A DNA stretch of 14,843 nucleotides from Thermoanaerobaculia bacterium (GTDB lineage: Bacteria; Acidobacteriota; Thermoanaerobaculia; UBA5066), in assembly GCA_038245905.1 (NCBI GenBank), contig JBBRRY010000053.1:1-14843 (forward strand). The letters are read 5' to 3'. Below are positions 5,582 to 13,350 of the stretch, one piece after another. The translations under genes were made by a program, and so were the position numbers. The first letter of the stretch is position 1. Each line of letters opens with the position of its first letter. The notes below the pieces were generated by a model. That model was not told the DNA's origin and made no database searches. It saw only the letters and a list, made by a program, of their open reading frames with translations.

Positions 5582-8575
5582 CTAGCGAGAGTCTTTCTTC
5601 GCCGCAAGCGCCGCGTCGACCCGCTTTTCGAGCTCCTCCACGGCCGCGATGGCCTGCGTCGTCGGGGGGTCGTCGGCGTTCTCCACGATTCCGTAGACGC
5701 CGAGAAGCGCCGATTCGAGTGAGGCACGATCGTGGCGCGGCTTCGCTCCCGCCGTCTCCGCGGGCTTTTCCGCCGGCTTCACGTGCCCCGCGGCCAGCCG
5801 CGCGAGCGCTCCCGTGATTCTCTCGAGGAGGGCGAACTGCGCGGCGAGGTCGGCCGCGGACATCGCGACGCGCGGATCCATTTTCACCGTCAGATTTCGC
5901 GAAAGCACGGCGCCGTCCACGGTCAGCTTCACGGTATAGGTGCCCGGCGGGACGAGCGGTCCGAGGGGCTCCCTCGGCGTGTTGCCCGGAATCGCCGAGA
6001 TCGGGTACTCGTGCTCGAGAACGGGCGGCGGAGGGAGACGGAGATCCCACGCGAAGCGGTGCATGCCCGGCGCCGCCGAAAGGAGGAGCGGCGGGCGCAC
6101 CCAGTAGACCGGCACGACGAGAGGCTCGACGAGCGGCTCGGGCGCGTCGTCGCTCGCGAATCGACGGACGAGCACACCTTTCGCGTCGAGGATCTCGAGC
6201 GTCACCGGCGTCTTCGGCGCGACACCGAGAACGTAATCGAGGATCGCGCCGTCGGGCGGGTTCTGCCCGGCCGGCTCCTCGGGCGGCAGCGGGGTGTCCG
6301 TGGACCGGCTCCGGCGCAAGCGCACGGCCACCTCGGGGGCGTATAGAAAGGCCGCACCGAGGGCGCCCGCCGCCCGCACCGCGTCGAGCTGCCGGAGCGG
6401 CGTCACGTCGTCGAGGATCCAGAAGCCGCGGCCGTGCGTGCCAACGACGAGGTCGTCGCCATGGACGACGAGGTCGCGGATCGACGTCGCGGGCATGTTC
6501 AGCCGCAGCGGCTGCCAGTTCTCGCCGTCGTCGAACGAGACGTGGACCATCCGCTCGGTGGCCGCGTAGAGAAGACCCTTTCGAAGAGGATCCTCGCGCA
6601 CGGCGTTCACGGGATCGCCGGGCAGGCCCTTCACGATCTCCTTCCAGGTCTTCCCGCCGTCGTGCGTCCGATAGACGTGCGGTGTGAGGTCGTCCAGGCG
6701 GAAGCGGTTGATCGCGGCGTAGGCCGTGAGGTCGTCGAACGGCGAGGCGTCGATCAGCGAGACCTTGCTCCACGCCGTGAGGGTTGGCGGCGTCACGTTC
6801 GCCCACGTCTTCCCGCCGTCCGCCGTGCGATGGATCAGCCCGTCGTCGGTCCCGGCCCAGATCACGTTCACGTCCTTCTTTGCGGGCGCGACGGTGTAGA
6901 TGACTCCCCGCCGGGCCTGCTTCGCCATCTCGGGATTCCGGTAGGTGCCGATCGAGTCCGGGACGGCCGCGGTCTCGCGAGAAAGGTCGGGGCTGACGAC
7001 GTCCCAGCTCCTGCCGCCCTTGGTCGTCCGGAAGAGGACGTTGCCCGCGTAGAAGAGGACGTGCGGGTCCGCGGGAGAGAACACGACGGGCGCCGTGCGG
7101 AGAAAGCGGTACTTCCCGCGGAGCGGAGCGGGTGAGACGTCCTGCACGTCGCCCGTGGAATGGCGGAAGCGCGTGAGCTTGCCGCCGTATATGACGTCTG
7201 GATCGAGAGGATCGGGCGCGACATAGCCGTACTCCTCAGCGCCCACTGGGTGCCAGTCGCGGAAGCCGATGGCCCCGTTGTCGCCCCGGCTCGCGATCCC
7301 GACCGCGCCGCTCTCCTGCTGCCCGCCGTAGACCCAGTACGGGAAACGATTGTCGGTCGACACGTGATAAAGCTGCGCGGTCGGCTGGTTGTACCAGCTG
7401 CTCCACGTTGCTCCGCCGTTCACCGAGATCGTCGCGCCCTGGTCGGCCGCGAGAAGGACCACGTCGGGGTTTTCGGGGTGAAACCAGATCGTGTGGTAAT
7501 CGTCCCCGCCCGGCGCGCCCTTGACCGGTGTGAACGTCTTGCCGCCGTCCATGGACCGGTACGTGGACGTATTCGCGGCCCAGACTTCGTTGCGGTTCCG
7601 GGGGTGCGCGCGCACCTCGGCGAAGTCGCCGCCGCGACCCCAGACGCGCGTCTCGCCGTTCGTGCGCGTCCAGGATTCACCCGCGTCGTCGGACACGTAG
7701 ATCCCGGCTTTCTCCGCGGCCGCGTCTACCGTGGCGTAAATCCGCTGCGGATCGACCGGCGAAACGCTGAAACCGATGCGCCCGAGCCCCTCCGCGAACG
7801 TGGGAAGGCCTTTCGTGAGCTTCTTCCATGTCGTCCCGCCGTCCGTCGACTTGAAGAGCCCGCTCTCGGGGCCCTGCCACGAGCCGTTCTCCCATGGCCC
7901 CTCGCGCGCCGCCCAGAGAACCGCGTAGACGACGTCCGGATTCCCCGGATCGAGCGCCACGGCCGAGGCGCCCGTGTTCTCGTCCTTGTACAGCACTTTC
8001 GTCCACGTTTTCCCGCCGTCCGAAGAGCGGAACACGCCCCGCTCGGCATTCGCGCCGTACGGGTGGCCGAGCACGGCCGCGTAAACGCGCTCCGGATCGC
8101 GTGGGTGAACCGCGAGGCCGGCGATCTGCTGGGCGTCCCGGAGCCCGAGGTGCGTCCACGTCTTTCCCGCGTCCGTCGACTTGTAGATCCCGTCGCCCAC
8201 CGAGAGATCCGGCCGCTGAAGGCCCTCGCCGCTTCCGACGTAGAGCGTTCCGGGAGAGGACGGAGCGACGGCGAGGACGCCGACCGAGCCCGTCGGCTGC
8301 TCGTCGAAGACCGGCACCCAGACGCGCCCCGCGTCGGTGGTCTTCCACACACCACCGTTGTTCGCGGCGACGTAGAAGACGTTCGTGTTCCCGGGGATTC
8401 CGCTCGCGGCGACCGTGCGTCCCCCGCGAAACGGGCCGATCATCCGCCAGCGCATCTCCGAGAAGAACGACTCCGGGAACGGCTGCGCGGCGGCAGCGCT
8501 CGCGAGGAGAAGAAGCGCGGCGAAGCACGCGGACAGAACGAGACTGCGTCGGGACGGACTCACCGGCACCTCCAT
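5582..8575 (-). CDS. Large secreted BNR/Asp-box (VPS10/sortilin-like) beta-propeller protein, often annotated glycosyl hydrolase
   Basis: Signal peptide ending ASAAAA|QP, then WRMIGPFRGGR. Many Asp-boxes: KTTDAGRVW, KSTDAGKTW, RSSDGGKTW, KSTDGGTTW, VSDDAGESW, RTADGGKTW, RTHDGGKTW, VSFDDGENW. The C-terminus has an Ig-like part (GMHRFAWDLR, PGTYTVKLTV) and a helical tail. The start may be GTG 8563, since GGAGG at 8569-8573 precedes it. Confidence 0.9.
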   Translation of the reverse strand: MEVPVSPSRRSLVLSACFAALLLLASAAAAQPFPESFFSEMRWRMIGPFRGGRTVAASGIPGNTNVFYVAANNGGVWKTTDAGRVWVPVFDEQPTGSVGVLAVAPSSPGTLYVGSGEGLQRPDLSVGDGIYKSTDAGKTWTHLGLRDAQQIAGLAVHPRDPERVYAAVLGHPYGANAERGVFRSSDGGKTWTKVLYKDENTGASAVALDPGNPDVVYAVLWAAREGPWENGSWQGPESGLFKSTDGGTTWKKLTKGLPTFAEGLGRIGFSVSPVDPQRIYATVDAAAEKAGIYVSDDAGESWTRTNGETRVWGRGGDFAEVRAHPRNRNEVWAANTSTYRSMDGGKTFTPVKGAPGGDDYHTIWFHPENPDVVLLAADQGATISVNGGATWSSWYNQPTAQLYHVSTDNRFPYWVYGGQQESGAVGIASRGDNGAIGFRDWHPVGAEEYGYVAPDPLDPDVIYGGKLTRFRHSTGDVQDVSPAPLRGKYRFLRTAPVVFSPADPHVLFYAGNVLFRTTKGGRSWDVVSPDLSRETAAVPDSIGTYRNPEMAKQARRGVIYTVAPAKKDVNVIWAGTDDGLIHRTADGGKTWANVTPPTLTAWSKVSLIDASPFDDLTAYAAINRFRLDDLTPHVYRTHDGGKTWKEIVKGLPGDPVNAVREDPLRKGLLYAATERMVHVSFDDGENWQPLRLNMPATSIRDLVVHGDDLVVGTHGRGFWILDDVTPLRQLDAVRAAGALGAAFLYAPEVAVRLRRSRSTDTPLPPEEPAGQNPPDGAILDYVLGVAPKTPVTLEILDAKGVLVRRFASDDAPEPLVEPLVVPVYWVRPPLLLSAAPGMHRFAWDLRLPPPPVLEHEYPISAIPGNTPREPLGPLVPPGTYTVKLTVDGAVLSRNLTVKMDPRVAMSAADLAAQFALLERITGALARLAAGHVKPAEKPAETAGAKPRHDRASLESALLGVYGIVENADDPPTTQAIAAVEELEKRVDAALAAKKDSR

Positions 8576-8651
8576 GTCACCACGTCCTATTCATCGATTT
8601 CCATGTTTCGTCCGCGCCATCGCGTATCTAAAGGTGCCGACGGCGAAGTGG

Positions 8652-8987
8652 CTACGGCGCTTCCGGCGGAGGCAGCAGCGGCGGTTCGACGCGGACGACC
8701 TCCGCGGGGATGCTCGGCCCCTTGGTTCGGCGCGTCGCGAGAAACACCGCCAGCGTCCACGTTGGCGCCAGGTCGACGACGGGAAGCAGCTCGGCGGCGA
8801 AGGCCGGAAGAAAGGCCCAGTGCCATCCGACGAGAGCGATCATCGTCGCCCCGACCACGACATCGAGCACGGCGTCGAAGCCCGTCGGCGCGCCTCCGGC
8901 GAAGAGCGGCATGAGCCCGAGTTGCACGGCGTCGGCAAGGACCGCGATCACCCGGGCGGCCAGAACGCGACGCGGCAGCTTTTCCAC
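8652..8987 (-). CDS. Small hypothetical membrane protein (111 aa)
   Basis: GTG start, hydrophobic segments (VIAVLADAVQLGL, VLDVVVGATMIALVGWHWAFLPAF, ELLPVVDLAPTWTLAVFL) and a Pro-rich tail. It fills the gap between its neighbours and has a matching upstream promoter. Confidence 0.75.
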   Translation of the reverse strand: MEKLPRRVLAARVIAVLADAVQLGLMPLFAGGAPTGFDAVLDVVVGATMIALVGWHWAFLPAFAAELLPVVDLAPTWTLAVFLATRRTKGPSIPAEVVRVEPPLLPPPEAP

Positions 8988-8993
8988 GCGCGC

Positions 8994-9023
8994 ACGTTAG
9001 GCTCGGTGGCGGGAGGCGGTCAA
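8994..9023 (-). promoter_or_regulatory. Sigma70-type promoter, leaderless arrangement
   Basis: TTGACC (9023-9018), 18 nt, TAACGT (8999-8994), 6 nt, then GTG 8987. The -35 box lies within the inverted repeat GGCGGT-CA-ACCGCC (9015-9028). Confidence 0.6.
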
Positions 9024-9562
9024 CCGCCCCTTAACATCACGGATCGACCCGGATTTCCGGGTCGAGCAAGAGGTCCTTCCCGGTGGCGTTGTCGTGGACC
9101 TTCACCCAGTAGAGGTAAGCGGACGCAGTGTCCGCGTCTCCCCTGACCTTTCCCGAGAATACGTTCGGGCCTGCCGCCCTGAACGGCCCGTCGAAGGGAT
9201 CCGGCGAGTCCTTCTTCATGCCGATCTGGACCGTGATGTCGAGGTTGGCAGGCTTCACCATCCAGTGGGCGCTTTGCCCCCTGCGGAGCGCGACCACTCT
9301 GCCGTGGGAGTCCGGGTCGTCCGAAACCGGGACCTGGATCTTCGTCGGGTGGCCATCTCCATCCACGTCGAGCTGGATCGTGACGACACGCGTGTTGGAA
9401 GCGGGAGGTGCGGCCTGGGACTGCGCCCCACAGACGACCAAGACGAATGCCGCCGTGAGCAGCGCGGCCGAAATGAAGATGAGCTTTCTGCCTGACGTCC
9501 GTCTCTCGCTCATGATGTCTCCTTGGTTTTTTCTTGGCAGAGTGGGGCCGCCGGAGGCGGTC
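9012..9562. repeat. 10-bp direct repeat GGAGGCGGTC at 9012-9021 and 9553-9562, flanking the secreted-protein gene
   Basis: An exact 10-bp match is present in both intergenic regions. Each copy touches a predicted minus-strand -35 box. Confidence 0.5.
9037..9513 (-). CDS. Small secreted hypothetical beta-rich protein (158 aa) ending in LDPEIRVDP
   Basis: Strong RBS AAGGAG (9524-9519) 5 nt before ATG 9513. Signal peptide MSERRTSGRKLIFISAALLTAAFVLVVCGAQSQA|AP, followed by alternating beta-strand patterns. The track's 9600 start is an unlikely extension. Confidence 0.8.
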   Translation of the reverse strand: MSERRTSGRKLIFISAALLTAAFVLVVCGAQSQAAPPASNTRVVTIQLDVDGDGHPTKIQVPVSDDPDSHGRVVALRRGQSAHWMVKPANLDITVQIGMKKDSPDPFDGPFRAAGPNVFSGKVRGDADTASAYLYWVKVHDNATGKDLLLDPEIRVDP

Positions 9563-9567
9563 GTCAA
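9539..9567 (-). promoter_or_regulatory. Sigma70-type promoter of the secreted-protein gene
   Basis: TTGACG (9567-9562), 17 nt, CACTCT (9544-9539), followed by an A-rich leader and the RBS. Confidence 0.5.
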
Positions 9568-9617
9568 GAGGTCCTGTCGGTGCAGAGCAGGCCGACGCAA
9601 CCCTAGCTCGCAAGCGA

Positions 9618-9623
9618 TAAGCT
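9618..9623 (+). promoter_or_regulatory. -10 element of the alcohol dehydrogenase gene, leaderless arrangement
   Basis: TAAGCT is followed by exactly 6 nt (CCTCGC) and then ATG 9630. No Shine-Dalgarno sequence is present. Confidence 0.5.
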
Positions 9624-9629
9624 CCTCGC

Positions 9630-10652
9630 ATGACGATGATGCGTGCGATTCAGGTCCCGGCCCCTAAAGGAAGACTCGAGCTCGTCGAGCGTCCGATCCC
9701 GGATCCGCCGGCCGGCGCGGTGCGCATCCGCGTCGAAGCGTGCGGCGTCTGCCACAGCGACATGTACACGAAGGAAGGGCTCTTCCCGGGCCTCTCCTTT
9801 CCGCGCGTCCCCGGCCACGAGGTCGCGGGCACGATCGACGCGCTCGGCACAGGCGTCGCCGGGTGGGCGGCCGGGCAGCGGGTCGGAGTGGGCTGGCACG
9901 GCGGACACTGCGGCCACTGCGACTCCTGCCGCCGCGGCGACTTCGTCCTCTGCCTCACCTCGCGCCAGATCTCCGGAATCACGTTCGACGGCGGTTACGC
10001 CGATTACATGATCGCGCCCGCCGGAGCGCTCGCCCTGATCCCGCCCGGGCTAACGGCCGTCGAGGCGGCGCCCCTGATGTGCGCCGGCGTCACGACGTTC
10101 AACTCGCTCCGAAACAGCGGCGCGCGTCCGGGCGATCTCGTCGCGGTGCTCGGTCTCGGCGGCCTCGGCCACCTCGGCGTCCAGTTCGCGGCGAAGATGG
10201 CGTTCCGCACCGTCGCCATCGCGCGCGGAGCCGACAAAGAACCGCTCGCGAAAAAGCTCGGCGCGTCCCACTACATCGACAGCCAGGCGCAGGACCCCGC
10301 GCAGGCCCTCACAAAGCTGGGCGGCGCGAAGGTGATTCTCGCGACCGTGACGGACGGCAAGGCCATGAGCGCGACTCTGGGCGGGCTCGGCCTGAACGGG
10401 AAGCTCGTCGTCCTCGGCGCCGCCGCCGATCCGATCTCCGTTCCGCCCGGCCTTCTCATCGGCGGCCGCCGCTCCATCGTCGGCTGGCCCTCCGGCTCGT
10501 CGATCGACTCGCAGGACACGCTCGCCTTCAGCGCGCAGACGGGCGTAAGGCCCATGACCGAAGTCTTCCCGCTGGAGCGTGCCAGCGAAGCCTACGAGCA
10601 CATGATGAGCGGCAAGGCGCGGTTTCGCGCGGTTCTCACGACCAGTCTCTGA
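9630..10652 (+). CDS. Zinc-dependent alcohol dehydrogenase (MDR family, CAD/AdhP-like)
   Basis: Catalytic Zn motifs CGVCHSD, GHE and MCAGVT, structural Zn motif CGHCDSCRRGDFVLC, Rossmann motif GLGGLG, and C-terminal GKARFRAVL. Confidence 0.95.
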   Translation: MTMMRAIQVPAPKGRLELVERPIPDPPAGAVRIRVEACGVCHSDMYTKEGLFPGLSFPRVPGHEVAGTIDALGTGVAGWAAGQRVGVGWHGGHCGHCDSCRRGDFVLCLTSRQISGITFDGGYADYMIAPAGALALIPPGLTAVEAAPLMCAGVTTFNSLRNSGARPGDLVAVLGLGGLGHLGVQFAAKMAFRTVAIARGADKEPLAKKLGASHYIDSQAQDPAQALTKLGGAKVILATVTDGKAMSATLGGLGLNGKLVVLGAAADPISVPPGLLIGGRRSIVGWPSGSSIDSQDTLAFSAQTGVRPMTEVFPLERASEAYEHMMSGKARFRAVLTTSL

Positions 10653-10661
10653 CTCGCTCTG

Positions 10662-13244
10662 TCACTTGAGCCCGTCCACCTCGAAGAGGTCGGAGAGTAT
10701 CCGCTGGCAGTCGTAAGCGTACGACTTACCGTCGGGAGTCAGGCAGACCGTGTAAGTCTGGATGGCTCCGGCTCGATCTTCGGGCGCGAGCTCCTTCCAG
10801 GGCTCCCGGCGGCCCGTCGACACGTCCACCTTGAAGATCCTCACGGGTAAGTCTCCCTTTTCCCAAACGTAGACGGCATGGCCGTCGGCATTCCACCGGA
10901 TGACGCCATCTCCGGGGAGAAGTCCCGGAACCTTTCGAGGTGTTCCGCCGTCCACCGGATACATCGAGACCGTCTGGTCGGGGCCTCGAGCCGCGACGAG
11001 CTTGCCATCGGGAGAGACCGGAGCGATCGTTCCCACGTTCTGCAGGCTCGCGCGCGTTCCCTCCGGCGCGATGGGCCGGGGCTTTCCGCCGGCCAGATCC
11101 TGGACGTACAGGCGTTCCGGCCTTCCCGCCTCCGACCCGAAGAAGACGATTCGTTTTCCGTCCGGAAGAAAGCCACCCATGAAAGCGCAGGAGATCCCCT
11201 CGCCCAATTTCTTTGGCTCTCCCGCGCCCGTTGGCAGGAGAGTGATCTGCCGGGAGTCGGGATGAGCCGACAGCACCCACTTGCCGTCGGGAGACAGCGC
11301 CATCGAATTGCCTTCTCCGAGTCGGACGACCGCGGATCCGTCCATCTTTCTAACGCAGACGGCGTAGGCCGAACCCATCGACGCGCTCTCCTCGTTGAAG
11401 AGCAGGGTCTTCCCGTCGTCGGAGATGTCGGAGGGTATCGAGAAGTCGAGCCAGGAGAGATCCCGTTCCCTCGTATCTCCCGGGGCGAGGCCCATGACGG
11501 TCTCTCGTTTCGTCCCGCTCGAAAGAAGAACCTGGCCGCTCCGGGAGATGTCGAGGAGGTTCAGGGAGGACGCTCCGTTGTACACCAGGCGCAGCCGTCC
11601 CGAGAGCCTCACCGCGTGGAGCGCGTACGTGGATCCGCTACGCGCTCCCGTGAACCAGACTTCTTCGCTGGGCGACCAGGCGAGTCCCTCCAGCGCCTCC
11701 CACCCGTCCGACAGGATCTTCTTGCCGCCCTTCAGGTCGACGACGGCGACCGAGCCGCGGTCATCTCCCGCGGCGGGGTGATCCAGGAACGCGATGCGGT
11801 CTCCGTTCGGCGAGATGCGCGGATGGCTGATCCAGCCCGTCGTCTTGTAAAGCGCCGTCCCGGCGGGGAATTCCAGGCGCTGACCGTCGGCGGTGACTCG
11901 CACGATCGCGAGCTGCTTCCCGTCGGGCGCCCAATCGGCGTCCACGACGTTCTCCTGGATCTCCCGCGGCGCGCCGCCTCCGATGGGGGCGCGCGAAAGC
12001 GTCCCGGCGAATTGCAGGTGCTGCAAGTGGCTCGCGCCGACCAGCATCGCCATCTCACCGGCCGACGAAACGCTGAGAACGAGCGCGGAGGCGACCCCGA
12101 GCGGACGTGACTCCGGAGAATCGACGCGGACGGAGAAGGCCTCGGCCGCCTTTCCGTCCCACCTCGCTGTATAGATGATCGTGCTTCCATCCGGGGCGAA
12201 GCGCGCCGAGCACACGGTGCCGCGCCGGAACGTGATCTGACGAAACGAGGGCGCAGAGGGGGGCGCGGGCCTGAGAACCGTCCGGTCGAGGAGGATGCCT
12301 CCTGCGAGAAGCGCGAGAGCCATAGCCGGACCTGCGAACCGCCGTCCCCGTCCGGTGGCCGCCGATGTCATCGCCGCGCGGCCCGTCAGCGAGTCCGACG
12401 AGAGCGTCTCGAGGCCGAAGGCCAGATCCCGCGCCGACTGGAAGCGCTGCTCGGGCTTCTTTTCCAGGCAATGCTGCACGAGCCGCTGGAGGGATGGCGG
12501 AAAGCCCGGGCTCGTCTGGGAGAGCTCCGCCGGCTCGCTGGTGAGAATGGCGTTCATGGTTTCGACCGCCGAGTCGCCCTTGAATGCCCTCTTGCCCGTG
12601 AGCATTTCGAAGAGCACGGCGCCGAAGCTGAAGATGTCGCTGCGGCTGTCCGCCGGATGTCCGCGCACCTGCTCGGACGACATGTAGCCCACGGTTCCCA
12701 TCACCGTGCCGGGCTCGGTTTGCCGACGCGCGGTGGGTGCGCTCGTGACGTCGTCGCCGGGCGCGGGTGTCTGCTTGGCGAGGCCGAAGTCGAGGATCTT
12801 GACGTGGCCGTCCTTCGTGATGAAGACGTTCTCGGGCTTTAGATCTCGGTGGGCTATCCCCCGCTCGTGCGCGGCGGCCAGGCCCTCTGCGATCTCGCGC
12901 GCAAGGAGGAGGCTCTTCCTCTGCGGGATCGCTCCGGAGGCCAGCGCCTCGCGCAGCGTCTCACCTTCGAGGAGCTCCATTACGGCGAATGTGACGCCGC
13001 CGTCGCTTCCGAAGTCGTGGATCGCGAGGATGTTCGGGTGCGAGAGCGCGGCGACAGCGAGAGCCTCACGCTCGAAACGAGCGAGCGCGTCGGCATCTTT
13101 CGCAAGCGATGCCGGCAGCACCTTGATCGCCACGTCACGCTTGAGCTTCGTGTCGCGGGCCCGGTAGACCTCGCCCATGCCGCCGGCGCCGAGGGGCGAG
13201 ACGATCTCGTACGGGCCGAGCCGGACACCTGGTAGCAGGCTCAT
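10662..13244 (-). CDS. Hanks-type Ser/Thr protein kinase with one TM helix and a TolB/PD40-like beta-propeller (860 aa)
   Basis: MSLLPGVRLGPYEIVSPLGAGGMGEVY, VAIK, HRDLKPEN, DFG, GTVGYMSSEQ and DIFSFG. TM segment FAGPAMALALLAGGILL. Repeated APDG/SPNG/SPDG/TPDG blades follow. The start is ATG 13244; the track's 13517 start overlaps the divergent kinase gene. Confidence 0.93.
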   Translation of the reverse strand: MSLLPGVRLGPYEIVSPLGAGGMGEVYRARDTKLKRDVAIKVLPASLAKDADALARFEREALAVAALSHPNILAIHDFGSDGGVTFAVMELLEGETLREALASGAIPQRKSLLLAREIAEGLAAAHERGIAHRDLKPENVFITKDGHVKILDFGLAKQTPAPGDDVTSAPTARRQTEPGTVMGTVGYMSSEQVRGHPADSRSDIFSFGAVLFEMLTGKRAFKGDSAVETMNAILTSEPAELSQTSPGFPPSLQRLVQHCLEKKPEQRFQSARDLAFGLETLSSDSLTGRAAMTSAATGRGRRFAGPAMALALLAGGILLDRTVLRPAPPSAPSFRQITFRRGTVCSARFAPDGSTIIYTARWDGKAAEAFSVRVDSPESRPLGVASALVLSVSSAGEMAMLVGASHLQHLQFAGTLSRAPIGGGAPREIQENVVDADWAPDGKQLAIVRVTADGQRLEFPAGTALYKTTGWISHPRISPNGDRIAFLDHPAAGDDRGSVAVVDLKGGKKILSDGWEALEGLAWSPSEEVWFTGARSGSTYALHAVRLSGRLRLVYNGASSLNLLDISRSGQVLLSSGTKRETVMGLAPGDTRERDLSWLDFSIPSDISDDGKTLLFNEESASMGSAYAVCVRKMDGSAVVRLGEGNSMALSPDGKWVLSAHPDSRQITLLPTGAGEPKKLGEGISCAFMGGFLPDGKRIVFFGSEAGRPERLYVQDLAGGKPRPIAPEGTRASLQNVGTIAPVSPDGKLVAARGPDQTVSMYPVDGGTPRKVPGLLPGDGVIRWNADGHAVYVWEKGDLPVRIFKVDVSTGRREPWKELAPEDRAGAIQTYTVCLTPDGKSYAYDCQRILSDLFEVDGLK

Positions 13245-13350
13245 CGATTGTCGGCGGCGATTATGGACGACGGTCCGAGACCTCCGTTTCCGTGACAGAA
13301 TCCGGCCGCCACTCGACACTCGTCGCATAGCAATCGGGCGGAGGCCTTTC

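Noticed and set aside
8591-8620. Minus-strand mini-ORF MARTKHGNR resembling the histone H3 N-terminus
   Set aside because: Nine codons with no RBS; the match is coincidental.
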